From the NCBI GenBank assembly GCA_963765895.1, contig CAVXZB010000048.1:64001-128000 (forward strand): a stretch of 64,000 nucleotides of DNA, read 5' to 3'. Positions 22,545 through 34,483 of this stretch are shown here, piece after piece (the first letter of the stretch is position 1; every line of letters begins with the position of its first letter). This DNA is from an uncultured Nitrososphaeraceae archaeon. GTDB lineage: Archaea > Thermoproteota > Nitrososphaeria > Nitrososphaerales > Nitrososphaeraceae. Position numbers and translations under genes: made by a program. A model generated the notes under the pieces. It searched no databases, had not been told where the DNA came from, and saw only the letters and a list, made by a program, of their open reading frames with translations.

Positions 22545-23864
22545 TTCAAAATGGTAACGAAAACTAGCAACAAAACTTTCAGAGATAACAACGCCAATAA
22601 AGATAAATTGTCATCATTAGCATTAGCAGAGAACAACAAAAGAATTGAGAATGTATTAATACTTCAAGGTGGTGGATCTTTGGGAGCCTTCGGGTGCGGA
22701 GTCTACAAGGAACTTACAAAGAATAACATACATCTAGATATTATTGCAGGTACTTCAATCGGTGGAATAAATGCTGCAATTATGGTAGGTAGCAAAGACG
22801 AGAAACATCCGGAGCAACTCTTAGAACAGTTCTGGCTCGAATTAGCTGACAGCTATATAGATTTAGACAAAACAGCCCTTCCTCATCCCTCTGATTCAAT
22901 ATTCCAACTTATAGAACAGTTTATGCCATTTAGAAGCTACTATGATGACCTCAGACTATTGTCACAACAAGAAATCTATTTGACAAATGCAAATGAATAT
23001 GAGCGTAGAATTAAACAGCTAAAGGCATTTTATAGCTCTGCCATATTTGGAAACGATAAAATGTTCAGGCCAAGGTGGATGCATAATAATGCATTAGCTG
23101 ATCCAGAGTACTTTACACCTACAAAATGGACGTATATGTATGATCACTCACCTCTAGCAAAAACTCTTGAAAAATATATCGATTTTGATAAATTAAGGCC
23201 CAAGGGAAATCCAAATACGCGTTTGATCTTAACTGCAGTGAATATTTTAACTGCAGAGTCTCTAACATTTGATAGTTATAAGCAACAAATAACTCCAAAA
23301 CATATTCTCGCAACATCCGCTTATCCTTTATATAACTTTCCATGGATAGAAGTACAAGATGGTATATTCGCGTGGGATGGTGGCTTATTAAGCAACACTC
23401 CTTTAAGAGAGGTATTAGACGTATCACCAATAAATGATAAAATAATATTTTTGGTAGAAAATTATCCCAAAAAGGTTGATGCATTACCAAAGAATTTGCC
23501 AGAGGTTCATCACAGGGCAAGAGACATTATCTTTTCAGATAAAACTGAACACAATATTACATTATCTAAAATAATAACACAATATCTAAGGTATATAGAT
23601 GAATTATATCAAATAGTCGAAGAACACATCGAACCAGCAAAAATAGATAAACAACAACTAAAAAGAATCCGTCTGAAGTACAAAAAATATAAACAAGAGC
23701 ATGGAGCTGAAATAAAAGAGATCTTTTACATAACACGCAAGGAGCCATTTCCTCACATGTACGAAAATGCAGATTTCTCACCGGAGACAATCAGGAATGA
23801 AATCAAAGAAGGTGAAATGAAAGCACTACAGGCAATAAAAAATACGAACAAAATTAACTTGTAG
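22542..23864 (+). CDS. Patatin-like phospholipase/esterase
   Basis: QGGGSLG, GTSIG nucleophile elbow, WDGG. Confidence 0.92.
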   Translation: MFKMVTKTSNKTFRDNNANKDKLSSLALAENNKRIENVLILQGGGSLGAFGCGVYKELTKNNIHLDIIAGTSIGGINAAIMVGSKDEKHPEQLLEQFWLELADSYIDLDKTALPHPSDSIFQLIEQFMPFRSYYDDLRLLSQQEIYLTNANEYERRIKQLKAFYSSAIFGNDKMFRPRWMHNNALADPEYFTPTKWTYMYDHSPLAKTLEKYIDFDKLRPKGNPNTRLILTAVNILTAESLTFDSYKQQITPKHILATSAYPLYNFPWIEVQDGIFAWDGGLLSNTPLREVLDVSPINDKIIFLVENYPKKVDALPKNLPEVHHRARDIIFSDKTEHNITLSKIITQYLRYIDELYQIVEEHIEPAKIDKQQLKRIRLKYKKYKQEHGAEIKEIFYITRKEPFPHMYENADFSPETIRNEIKEGEMKALQAIKNTNKINL

Positions 23865-24183
23865 AGTATGAAAGCTTTGTAACTAGATACTACAAAATCC
23901 TATTTGTCTACGTATATATTGATTTAGTTATCACGTGTCAGACATTAAAGAAAAAAGAGAAAATAAGAATAATCATAGATGATGTAAATCTACAAACTGA
24001 GACATCTTATGATTATTTGTTTTCTGACCTTCTTTTTCAAACTTAACAAAGAAGTACTCAGCTTTAAAACAATATTCTCCATTTCTATAAACCACATTAT
24101 AGTATATTTTAGGAATAACCTTCATTTTTCAGTATAGAATACTGATTAATGTAAATATTGCCTATAATGCTCTTAGCTAATGA

Positions 24184-25004
24184 TTGAATGATAGTAGAGG
24201 TTGCTGGGATGCACAGACATATGACGAGATTTCACGCTTAGTATAATATCAATGGGGTCTGCAGGTTTTAAAATGGCAAGAATGGAATGGAAAAGAAATT
24301 ATCATGGATGCTGGATGTGGTTCTGGTCTTCCTACCAAATTGCTAGCGAAGAAAGTTCCTAGAGGAAAAGTCTATGCTGTAGATATTGACGTCAATATGA
24401 TAAGACAGGCAAAAAGGAATCTGGGGGATTTACAAAATGTCGAGATAGTATTGGCCGATTCTTACTAAAGTAAAACTTGATTTAGAATTAGATATCATTT
24501 TTTCTAATGCTGTACTTCGCTGGGTTCATGATCACACCCAAGTTTTTCATCATTTTTGGAAGATGCTAAAGTATAACGGCTTGGAAAAAACAGAACTATT
24601 AATCCAGTGTGGAGGATATGGAAACTTACGAAGAACTCTTGCTGGTGTGCAAAAAATATGGAGTTAAAAGAATTCAGGGAGCATTTCTCAAATATGGGTA
24701 CCCTGTGGTATTTTACAAAACCTGATGACACGTCTAAGCTACTAAAAAGAATAGGTTTTACAAATACAAATGTTAATTTACATAATGATCGCATAAATCT
24801 AACTAATCGTAAACTATATGGTAGATTTGTAAAAACCGTAATAATGAAACCTTTCCTAGAGAGTTTCCTGAAGAAAAAATAAAGAATAAATATTTGGAGT
24901 CATTCTTGAATGAAGTTGAGAATAATAGTTCGAGTAGTAACGAATCTCAGACTACATGGTCATTAGATTACGTTAGGTTAAATATCATTGCTGAAAAGCC
25001 ATAG
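24184..25004 (+). pseudogene. Class I SAM-dependent methyltransferase (trans-aconitate methyltransferase-like)
   Basis: WDAQTYD, MDAGCGSG, VYAVDID, IFSNAVLRWV, QCGGYGN and LDYVRLNIIAEKP; an in-frame TAA near 24244 plus several frameshifts. Confidence 0.8.
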
Positions 25005-25305
25005 TATATATCATTCCCTCATCTTCACTATGAAAAGCTAGTAAGCAACAGAAATAAGCTATTTACAATTTATGAAGCAACAATTGTATATTTCTATCTC
25101 CTAATATTCCTAGTATATATCAAAGCCATGAATCATGTCCAGAATACTCGAACTTGGTAGTTCAGTTTCAAGTTGAACACCATATATAATAGGGAACAGC
25201 ATTAGTCAAAGTAGTTATTGATCTCGTAGCATAGGGATTTTATATTGACATCGAGCACTGTTCCGAGATATTTACGTGGATTCCTATTCAAATCTATTTA
25301 AATGA

Positions 25306-25927
25306 TTGTGTTTGGGATTAATAAAGTGTTCAGAAAAAACACAAAAGCTGAGAAAAAGATTCTTTGTCTGTCTTACAGGAATGCCTGGGGCTGGCAAATC
25401 CTCAGTTGCAGATTCACTTAAAGAAAGGGGATTTTATGTAATATCTATGGGCGATGTTGTACGAGACGAGGCCAGATTACAAAATATGGAGCTCACAGAT
25501 ACCAACTTGGGCAATCTAATGTTAAAACTAAGAAAGGAAATGGGACCGGGCGCCATATGCTCATCTTATCATAAAGAAGACGAGCTGTGAAGATAAGAAC
25601 TTGAGTAAAATTGTTATCATTGACGGTATTCGGAGTATTCATGAAGTTGAGATATTAAAGGATATTGGTAATGTTAAATTACTAGCTATCCACGCATCAG
25701 CAGATACAAGATTTAAACACATTAAACAGAGGGTAAGATCAGACAAACCTTTGAACGAGGAAGATTTTGTCGTACGAGATAAGCGCGAATTAACAGTAGG
25801 TATCAGTGAAGCGATTGCTTTATCTGATGAATCCATATCCAATAACAATTTAACAATAGAGGAATTGAAAGAAAAGGCATATGAAATAATCCAGAAATGG
25901 ATTAGTATGAATGACGCTGAACAATAA
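25306..25927 (+). CDS. UPF0200/dephospho-CoA-kinase-like P-loop kinase (frameshift near 25555)
   Basis: LTGMPGAGKS, SMGDVVR, IDGIRS and RDKREL..G across two ORFs. Confidence 0.85.
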
Positions 25928-25971
25928 CTAAATAACTAAATATTTCAATCAGACAGATAGAATTGTAATAA

Positions 25972-26850
25972 GAACCTATCCGAAAACTCCTCCTCTTCTG
26001 TAAGTGATCCAAGCACAAGCAAAATGTAACATTGCAATATGATTCTCCACCTTTTTCTCCCATCTAATTAACAACCGTCTAAACCTGTTCATCCAAGAAT
26101 GGGTTCTTTCAACAACCCAATGTCTAGCTTTGTATCCAGGTATAACAATTCGTATACTTCCGGAAAGTCGTAACCCTTGTCAAGACACATGTACTGCTTA
26201 AATCTGATTGTTGGCTCAGGTCTATAGATTACTATGCTCTGAAGTGTTGCTTTACTCATTTTCATGTCATGTCTATTAGCACCATCTATAGATACGCCAA
26301 TAGGAACTCCTTTACCATCTACCAATACACTACGCTTAGTACCCTATTTACTTCTGTCTGTGGGATTTGGTCGTGTGCTTTTTTCCCCCAAGAGGTGCTT
26401 TTGTAATAACACCATCCATAGCCTGCCATTTCCAGTCTATTCTATTAGTATTATCATACATACACTGACAATCCATCGATCCACATACGTTTGAATACAC
26501 CTGCTTTCCTCCACTCCTGGAATCTATCATGTACTGGTACCTTGAAGCACCAAGACTTCTTGGTAGAGCATTCCACTGACAGCCTGTACGTAGGATGTAG
26601 AAAATAGCACCCATAGCCTTTCTGTCATCCATTCTTGGACGACCAGTCTTTTTCTTCCTAGGTATTGATGGTGACCGTAGCAATGCAATGATCCTATCCC
26701 ATATAACGTCAGGTAGGGAGTACCAGAAATCAACTCCTGTGTCCTCTGATATCAATACATCTCAAAGGAAATGCAGTACAGCTTAGCTTTATCGATTAAA
26801 GGCAGTTTGCATATAACTCAATTAAAATCAACTACTTTTCTGATAGGTTC
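25972..26850 (-). mobile_element. IS5-family insertion sequence (IS1031/IS427-like), decayed transposase
   Basis: TIRs GAACCTATCCGAAAA and TTTTCTGATAGGTTC; TAA on both flanks (25969-71, 26851-53); IFYILRTGCQWNALP, QAMDG, GANRHD, LDKGYD and WVVERTHSWMNRFRRL. Confidence 0.92.
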
Positions 26851-27360
26851 TAAGTAGTATTTGTTTATTTGATATTTTACTAATTTCAAGTCTTTCATTT
26901 ACTTATTGTTACTGGTAGTATATAATTTTATTTTCATCGTCTCAAAATCCAGATTCATAATATCTTACTAGAAATATGTATCCTTAATATTTGGATATTC
27001 AGGTTGAATTCGTTCGTTATTCAAGATACTATTTAGTATACGAATTACAATATATACAATCATAGAGTACAACTCAACTCTTGTAATTGTTACTCACAGC
27101 AAATTGATTAGGATAACGTTACAAAATAAAATAGACCTACAATCATTATATACAACCAGTCTTGAATTATTAACCATAACGAACTAATTATTTTAAGAAT
27201 ACTAAATTATATATTCCATATATAAGAGTTTATGATTCATATAACCAACATACTGGCCTAAATGTTGATTTTTAGTGAAGATGAGTGGCAAGCCCTGAAC
27301 AACGTCTGTGATAGATTGGGAGAGGAGCATTTCTAATACTCGTTTCTGCAGATCTAGGAT

Positions 27361-27981
27361 TAGAATAGTAGATTGTATTTGCTAGGATAATCTATAAAGC
27401 TTAGGGGTAACTCTAAACTAACAGCACCTCGCAAAGCGTTAGGGTCAGCCAAAGATTGTGTGAGATTTATTGATTTTAATATTTTATAAATACCTGTTGA
27501 TGACAGCTGATAAAGATATCCACTTAATTTTCCTGAGGCAACTACTACATAAAGATCATAATCAGCTCCATTGTATCCTGTCTTTGTATTGTAATCAGCA
27601 TCAATGAGCATTCCATAACTAATCTTTCTGAATGGTTGATTATAGACAGGAGCAGAAGAATTTTCAAAACCCGAAGCCAACCAAATTGTGGCATTTAGAA
27701 TTTTTCCATCACTGATATAATTAACTGCTAGAAATATCCGTATAATTAGATTTGAGATGTGCATCACTATTACCATAAGCTTGAATCCAATGACGATTTT
27801 CATTAGTTATTTCTTGAAGACCAAAAGAAGGTGATAAAGGAGGAGCTTGTTTATAAAAAGGATCCAAGGATAACAATAATAACAAAATAATGATCACAAT
27901 AATCGGACTAATAAAAAAATAATTTTTCGATTTGTGTTTGCACATTAGCTTATCTAATGATCTAAATTGCTTGAGAGGCAA
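27361..27981 (-). pseudogene. N-terminal half of a membrane-anchored surface protein
   Basis: ORFs 27721..27981 (TM anchor) and 27360..27803 (AVNYISDGKILNATIWL, YGMLIDAD..TG..GADY, DYPSKYNLLF). Confidence 0.65.
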
Positions 27982-28665
27982 ATAAAAAACTTTTCAATAT
28001 AATCTAGTATTATTGGAAGTACATTTTGCTAACGCCAATAAATCAGTACGTCGCGTAGACTACAATAATAAAACGTAGTGCCAATAATCAGAACTTATGC
28101 TTGTACAAATTGGCGTTGGATGGTCATACAAATAGACATGATAAACAGAGAATTTATTTTCAATTAACTTGACCGGATGCTAATTTCATGCTAACTCCAT
28201 ATATACACCATATTTATCATTGCTACCAATTAATACTTTGTAAACGTATAAAGCTTAAGTATTCTATACGTATTAAAAAACAGCTATAGAATAATAAATT
28301 CATAGGTGGGTTAAAACAAAGGCATATAGAGTTGTACATACACAATACTTGCTTGCTTAACAAACATCACTACATCATTTGGAAAATTATATGAAAATAA
28401 TACTACACGATAAGATGCAATAGTAGAAAAAGTTAAAACTTATCTTGTGAAAGTTTACTTAGTGACCTTCAATGACCTAAGGAAGAGAGGTAATCTAGAA
28501 GTATCACAACCTATGCTATATGAGAGACTTCAGAAGAGATGCTTCTGGATTAGGAATATTGAAGAGCATAGGCAAAAGATATTAGCCCTCCAATAATGAG
28601 AGGCGTAGGTAGCCCAAGAGCCATAGCTCCTACAGCCATTAGTATACTATTTCTAGTATATGATA

Positions 28666-29310
28666 TACAGCAGAATCGTATAAGTCCAATGAAGTTAGAC
28701 AATTTACTAGCTTGGTAAATATTCCTCCACCCAAGCAATATAATGATAAGACAGGGACAAGAGCAGATAATTCCGGCTAGGATAAAATCAACTACGGGCT
28801 TTTCTAATGATGTTATTAATATAACTCTAGCCAGTAACAATAACAAATAATAATAATAATAATAATAATTATGATACAGCCTCAGGCTTTAACTCAAGTA
28901 ATTTGCATATAACTATAGAAAGAAACCAGCCACCTTTATTTAGGATAGTTGTTCCTCAACAAACACCTTTAGGTATTTACACAATACCTCTGATTGTAAC
29001 AATACGCGAACCATCTATCGCCACACTAACAAAGCCAATATCCAATATCTATTAACACGACACGTGGAGCAGTAGATCCTGAGTTTGAACTATCTAAAAA
29101 ATATCCAACAGTTAGTTATCTAACCAAGCCAATAAACTTTACAGTATCAGTAATAACACCTATGAGTATTAGCGAACAATTTAAAGACTTTTGGGGAACA
29201 TATGGACAATTCATAGGATTATTTGCAGGCGGATTTGTTGGAGCATACGCTAAAATGCTGTTTGATAAAAGAAAAAAGAGGCATGAAGAGAATGAAGGAA
29301 GAAAGGATTA
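28666..29310 (+). pseudogene. C-terminal half of the same surface protein
   Basis: Reads YTAESYKSNEVR..NIPPP, IRQGQEQIIPARIKST, PLGIYTIPL, FKDFWGTYGQFIGLFAGGFVG and a basic tail; frameshifted, includes an (AAT)n tract at about 28846-28870. Confidence 0.65.
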
Positions 29311-29622
29311 ATTTGCTGACATGTCTTTTCCAATATTCAGATATTAGTGATCATAGCAATATTCTCCATCTTCTAAAATCGAACAGTTCGTTAGGGACCA
29401 CCTCATTTGATCAACACTCCCTTCAAGGAAACGCAATCTACTCTTGCAGATCAATTTTATAGGGCTTTGATAATATTCGAAAACTTTGTATCAGAGGTTA
29501 CCAGATGCTTGTAAATCCACATAGCAGAATTAGTAATAGTGCATAGAATATAGAAGAATCTGGAGATTTCAAGATTTTGTATTGGGAATACAAAATCTTT
29601 TTTTTAATGAACAAAATATGGA

Positions 29623-29916
29623 TTAAAAAGTGTGGTAATCAGATTTTTGTGCCTCTTTACCAGATTTAATAACTAGGGTTAGATCCTCCATTCGATTATA
29701 TATTTGCAATAGACGCATACCTTTATCGGTTGTTCTATAGAAACGATTGCCTTCTTCGTGTCCTAATAAGCCATTTTCAAGTAGAAGTGTCACATACTCC
29801 TTTAACTGTGCAAACGATAAGAATGCTTTGTACATCAACTTTGATTTATTAGCCCCACCTCCATTCGCGGCCTCAAGTATCAATTTAACTATGTCAGTTC
29901 TACTTCTGTATTTCAT
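29623..29916 (-). CDS. Winged helix-turn-helix protein (thaumarchaeal MKYRSR family)
   Basis: MKYRSRTDIV..IL, KSKLMYKAFLSFAQLKEY and YRTTDKG. Confidence 0.9.
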   Translation of the reverse strand: MKYRSRTDIVKLILEAANGGGANKSKLMYKAFLSFAQLKEYVTLLLENGLLGHEEGNRFYRTTDKGMRLLQIYNRMEDLTLVIKSGKEAQKSDYHTF

Positions 29917-30124
29917 AATAGAATCAACTAGTAGAATGGAAAACGGGTATTTATGGGAAGCTTATATTAGTACTAAAATTATTTAGCTATTTTATCGATC
30001 ATAAATATTTGATCGTACAAGTGATCATTGTACTGAAGCTGGTGTACATTTTTACATGTTTAGTATTTTGACTTCAGATTGTTGGAGTTGTATAACTCAA
30101 GAAAATGTAGAGTAATAAGCGTAA

Positions 30125-33100
30125 TCAATCCATAAATTCCATTAACGTTGATTGTTCTTTTTTCTCTTCTTTGAAGGTCAGTTTCAATTCTGTCATCAAG
30201 GATTCTATTCTACTTTGAAGGTAATCATTCATTTTAAATTGATTACACATATTTACAGCAATATCCATGTATTTTTCTACTGATCCGCGGGTAACTGTTT
30301 GTAATAATTCATTATCACATCTAATACATCTACCAATAAGTGGCACTCTACGATATTTCTCTCCACAATAACTACATCTAAAACCTTGTGAAGAATACGA
30401 TCTCATATTACCCATAATATCAGGCAATATATGTGTAGTCAGTACCATTGATACCACTTCATCAGTATCTACTGCATTAATCAACTTTGCAGTTGCGATT
30501 TGCATATCCAATTTTTCATCCATAGTATTAAGAGTTGAGTATGCACTACGAGATACACTAGTTGTCAAAAAGTCTGTAATATGTGTAAACAAATAATCAA
30601 AGAACTGATTTTCCTTTCCAATCCTGTTTTTTACCGTCTCTATTTTAGAGACAAAGTCTCCAGCTTTGCCTCGTTTCCATGTAGCCTCATAGAATTCTAA
30701 TGGATAGATTTGAGAGATATCCAGGTTATGAGCCTGTCTTTGTACTTCATATGGCAATACTGTTGGTTGAATCAATAATGGAGCATCCATAAGACCACCA
30801 ATCTTATCAGGCAAAAAATCATTTGAGAAATTTAAGAAAGCATCCATCAATAGCATTATAGAATCTGCGTCACCATCACAATCCCTACGTTTTGCAGAAT
30901 GCCAGATTGGAGATGCCAAGCATACTTGAGAATTGGTAAAACCAATAATTCTTCCGACTATGCCTACGGATGTATGTGGCGCCAATCCAACAACAAGTTG
31001 GCCTATTAGATCATAAATAGAGGATGCGTTATAACAAGGCTCTAAATGATATATTTTTACAAGTTCTTCATCTACAAATTTGGCTACATTGAGTAGATGT
31101 TTGGCGCAATCAATAGGTATTACGACATCTTGCATTAATAGTTCAGCCAGTTGGTTTGGGGAAATCAATTCATGATCAAGATAATCTCTAGTATATCCCA
31201 AATCCTTCAGTTTTTCTATGTCAGTCATTATCCATTTGGGTTTGAAGTGAGTCAATGGTTCATTTGTTGCATCGAATCTGACAGTGCCATCCTTAAAAGT
31301 ATATATACTATGTTTTTTTCTCAAAATTCCTTTTTCCAATGGTTCTGCAGCCTTATCCTTACTCATAAGCATCTTAACTCCTTTCAGCGGCTCAGATACT
31401 TTGATACCAAGCTTTTGTTGTGCTTTTTCAATCACTACTTTTAGCGGATAGCTAACTGGGGAATAAGTTCTACAATCTTTACCACATCTACGACATCGCA
31501 TTCTACTCGAATTCTCAGTAACTTCCTCTTTACAAACTATACATAAATTCCGTATTGGAGTATCTGCACCACATTTACTGCAACTTATACCAGTAGACGG
31601 AAGTTTGCAGTTAATACAATATCTGTTTGCAATTTCTGCATAAAATGATTGATCCTTCAATGCTTTCAGAAGATCGCGTGTTGCACCGCCTTTAGATCCG
31701 ACAGGAAAGAGTACATGAACAGGAGGTTTCATTTTACGTTCAGCGGCTTTTTCAGGGCGGCCCACTCTTACTGCAATCGAGGAAGCAAATTTTGGCATAA
31801 CTGTGACACCAGAGATCTTAGACACAAATTCAGTTGCATTTTTTGTATACTCTATATTATTCCTAATAGAAGAGATCGGATTTTTCGTTTTATTTGTCTT
31901 AAAAAGCAATAGATTTTTTAGAGAATAGATTTGCTCCAAGTCATTGATCACTAAGATCGTATTCCTTATTGAATGATCAACTCCAAGTCGCTCCAAAATG
32001 TCCTTTAATCTAGGATTAGTATTATGCAAATGTAGAGTATTATCATCAATAGAAACTTGACTTTCTTCTAGTTTCTCATTCAAGAATATGACATCTTCTA
32101 TGGTAACAGAATCCCAAAAGAAGGAATATTTTGGATGCAAAGGAATGCCAAGTCTCTTACTAATGTCAAAGGCTTCTTCAACAGTAGGAAGTACGACTAA
32201 AGGTTTCCTTGACAATTGAATTAATCGTTCATGGATTGATTCATTATTAATTGAAGATGAATGAATAGATCCAAGTTTTGACTGTAATTCTAAAGCCCAG
32301 ATTTCTTCTACATAGCTAGCAGGAAGTAACTGTGCATTGTTTTCAAGAAAGTCACCATAACTTATCAGTATATCTCCGAGATAAAGTATTTTTTCAACAC
32401 TCGATCTAATTTTTATGGCTTGTTCTAATGAGGATACTTGTAAAACACTGCCGTCATTAAGTCTAACAATTGGGGCTTCTATAGCATCTACAAGTGCTAT
32501 TGTGGACGCCTTTCCTGGCACGTCCATCTTAATTTGTGTTCCTACCACAATAGCATGATTCAATAAAATGGGTATTGTTGGGTGAATTCCTACAGTTGCA
32601 AAACCAGTATTATAACACCTACCGTACCTTAATCTAAAACCTCCAATTTTCTTTGTCATAGAAAGCACCGGTCTTCCCGTAATTACCTCAGACATTCTAT
32701 GGTTTACGGCATCCTCATTACCTGTTTGGATCGCACCTTTGAGATTTCCAAGCCAACACCAACCGTCTAATCCTAATAGCTCAACAATTTTGAGTAACTT
32801 TCTACTTCTCCCAATTAAGCCGTCGTTCATTACTCGTAAGGCACCTCCACGAACTCGGTCAGTAGAAATTCTTCTCATATTCCTATGACCAACGACCTCT
32901 ACTGGATCAGTATCTACACCATCTAGCTCTACTGGTAAATTAGTTATACACCCAATTACATCCTCATCTAACACTTTAAACTGAAAATTCCCTACCTCAC
33001 GTTCATAAATTCGTAATTCCTCAAGAAACCTTCCTATTTCATCATCATAAGAGTTTGCTACATATTTATCTAACTCGACGACTTTTCTAACATGATCTGC

Positions 33101-33610
33101 TATCAACATCGTTAATGCTGCCTCTGTGCCCCCTGCTGACCGAATAGGACCGGCAAACGAAATTGAAAGATATTTACTACCGTCTATATTATTTTTTATT
33201 TGAACATCAGAGATTCCTTGCAATGGAGCAACTGTTACACCTTCTGTGACTACTGCTAAACTGACACGAACAGCATTATCTAATCTAGTTCTAAGATCGC
33301 CAGTACCATATTCTCCTAAGGCAATTTCTTCGGCAATCTTTAGTGTTGCGTTCTCTTTGCTAGTTTGGGCAAGTAACACACGCAATCGATTTGCTATATC
33401 AATATTGTGCATTTTTGCGACCCTATCCGACAAATCATAAGCAATTTTGGATTCAACTTTATCTGAAACATCTAATCCCTTCTTGCGTGCTCTAGTTGCA
33501 AGTTCGAAGTTATTTTGGATATTTCTCAAAATATTACGTTGATTGTTCAGATAATATTTTGGCATTTGAATATCCTTTAAATAAATTTCAGAATCCTCTA
33601 TTATCGTCAC
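30125..33610 (-). CDS. polC: DNA polymerase II (PolD) large subunit DP2
   Basis: GPIRSAGGT, GGFRLRYGR, GRPEKA, GLAPHTS, catalytic RRDCDGDAD, C-terminal CxxC pairs; no intein evident. Confidence 0.98.
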   Translation of the reverse strand: MTIIEDSEIYLKDIQMPKYYLNNQRNILRNIQNNFELATRARKKGLDVSDKVESKIAYDLSDRVAKMHNIDIANRLRVLLAQTSKENATLKIAEEIALGEYGTGDLRTRLDNAVRVSLAVVTEGVTVAPLQGISDVQIKNNIDGSKYLSISFAGPIRSAGGTEAALTMLIADHVRKVVELDKYVANSYDDEIGRFLEELRIYEREVGNFQFKVLDEDVIGCITNLPVELDGVDTDPVEVVGHRNMRRISTDRVRGGALRVMNDGLIGRSRKLLKIVELLGLDGWCWLGNLKGAIQTGNEDAVNHRMSEVITGRPVLSMTKKIGGFRLRYGRCYNTGFATVGIHPTIPILLNHAIVVGTQIKMDVPGKASTIALVDAIEAPIVRLNDGSVLQVSSLEQAIKIRSSVEKILYLGDILISYGDFLENNAQLLPASYVEEIWALELQSKLGSIHSSSINNESIHERLIQLSRKPLVVLPTVEEAFDISKRLGIPLHPKYSFFWDSVTIEDVIFLNEKLEESQVSIDDNTLHLHNTNPRLKDILERLGVDHSIRNTILVINDLEQIYSLKNLLLFKTNKTKNPISSIRNNIEYTKNATEFVSKISGVTVMPKFASSIAVRVGRPEKAAERKMKPPVHVLFPVGSKGGATRDLLKALKDQSFYAEIANRYCINCKLPSTGISCSKCGADTPIRNLCIVCKEEVTENSSRMRCRRCGKDCRTYSPVSYPLKVVIEKAQQKLGIKVSEPLKGVKMLMSKDKAAEPLEKGILRKKHSIYTFKDGTVRFDATNEPLTHFKPKWIMTDIEKLKDLGYTRDYLDHELISPNQLAELLMQDVVIPIDCAKHLLNVAKFVDEELVKIYHLEPCYNASSIYDLIGQLVVGLAPHTSVGIVGRIIGFTNSQVCLASPIWHSAKRRDCDGDADSIMLLMDAFLNFSNDFLPDKIGGLMDAPLLIQPTVLPYEVQRQAHNLDISQIYPLEFYEATWKRGKAGDFVSKIETVKNRIGKENQFFDYLFTHITDFLTTSVSRSAYSTLNTMDEKLDMQIATAKLINAVDTDEVVSMVLTTHILPDIMGNMRSYSSQGFRCSYCGEKYRRVPLIGRCIRCDNELLQTVTRGSVEKYMDIAVNMCNQFKMNDYLQSRIESLMTELKLTFKEEKKEQSTLMEFMD

Positions 33611-33630
33611 GGAAATATTACCTCACTCAC

Positions 33631-34368
33631 TCACTGCCTTAATGAATTAACAATTGAGGAAAAATTTTGCTCCCAATCTTCTTTTTCCAGCATGGTTCCG
33701 ATTACAATTATATCCGCACCAGCATCTGCCATTTCTTTCGCTGTCTGAGGACTATGGATTCCACCACCTACGATAATTACTCCTTCATATTGCTTCCTTA
33801 CAGCAGCTATCATTTCACACGAAACATTCCGAGCAGCTCCAGAACCAGCTTCCAAGTATAAAAACCTCATTCCCAAATATTGAGCAGCCAAGGAATACAT
33901 AACGGCTATACTATTTTTATCGAAAGGTATTCCACGCGCCTTTCCTACATACCAGGCAGTAGTATACTCACCAATTATCAAATATCCAGTCGGCAATGGT
34001 TCGATATTATATCGTTTAACCGACATAGATCCCAATGCTTGAGCTTCGGTTATAAAATAGGGATTCTCAGAATTAAGCAACGAAGTAAACAGTATGGCAT
34101 CAGCCTTAGGAACTACTCCCGTAACGTTCCCAGGAAACAATATGACCGGGATTTTAGCATTTATCTTAATATCAGACACCACTTTAGCCAAGTCGATCTG
34201 ATCAACTACTGAAGATCCACCAATCAGAACTGCCGATGCTCCCAATCTTTCTACCTTTGCAGCGATAATGCCTGCATTTGTAACATTTTCCGAATCTATA
34301 AGAGGAAAGCAAATCGTGCCATGTTCTCTTATTTGTTTTTGAATGTATTTTTCAATTTCATTCTTCAC
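33631..34368 (-). CDS. Geranylgeranylglyceryl phosphate synthase
   Basis: IGGSS, PVILFPG, FTSLLNSENPYFI, YLEAGSGA and VGGGI. Confidence 0.95.
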   Translation of the reverse strand: MKNEIEKYIQKQIREHGTICFPLIDSENVTNAGIIAAKVERLGASAVLIGGSSVVDQIDLAKVVSDIKINAKIPVILFPGNVTGVVPKADAILFTSLLNSENPYFITEAQALGSMSVKRYNIEPLPTGYLIIGEYTTAWYVGKARGIPFDKNSIAVMYSLAAQYLGMRFLYLEAGSGAARNVSCEMIAAVRKQYEGVIIVGGGIHSPQTAKEMADAGADIIVIGTMLEKEDWEQNFSSIVNSLRQ

Positions 34369-34483
34369 ATTGCTTGCGCAGTACCATTTAGTAATATATT
34401 ATTACCTCGCGATCCCTTAATCTAATTCAGATGCCAGAGAATAGCTTTAATATTATCATGGACTATACAAATTTGTATAGTAA

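Noticed and set aside
28550-28846. 98-aa minus-strand ORF
   Set aside because: Chimeric frame crossing the inversion breakpoint at 28665
30125-33610. Intein in DP2
   Set aside because: Length is normal and the RRDCDGDAD region is uninterrupted
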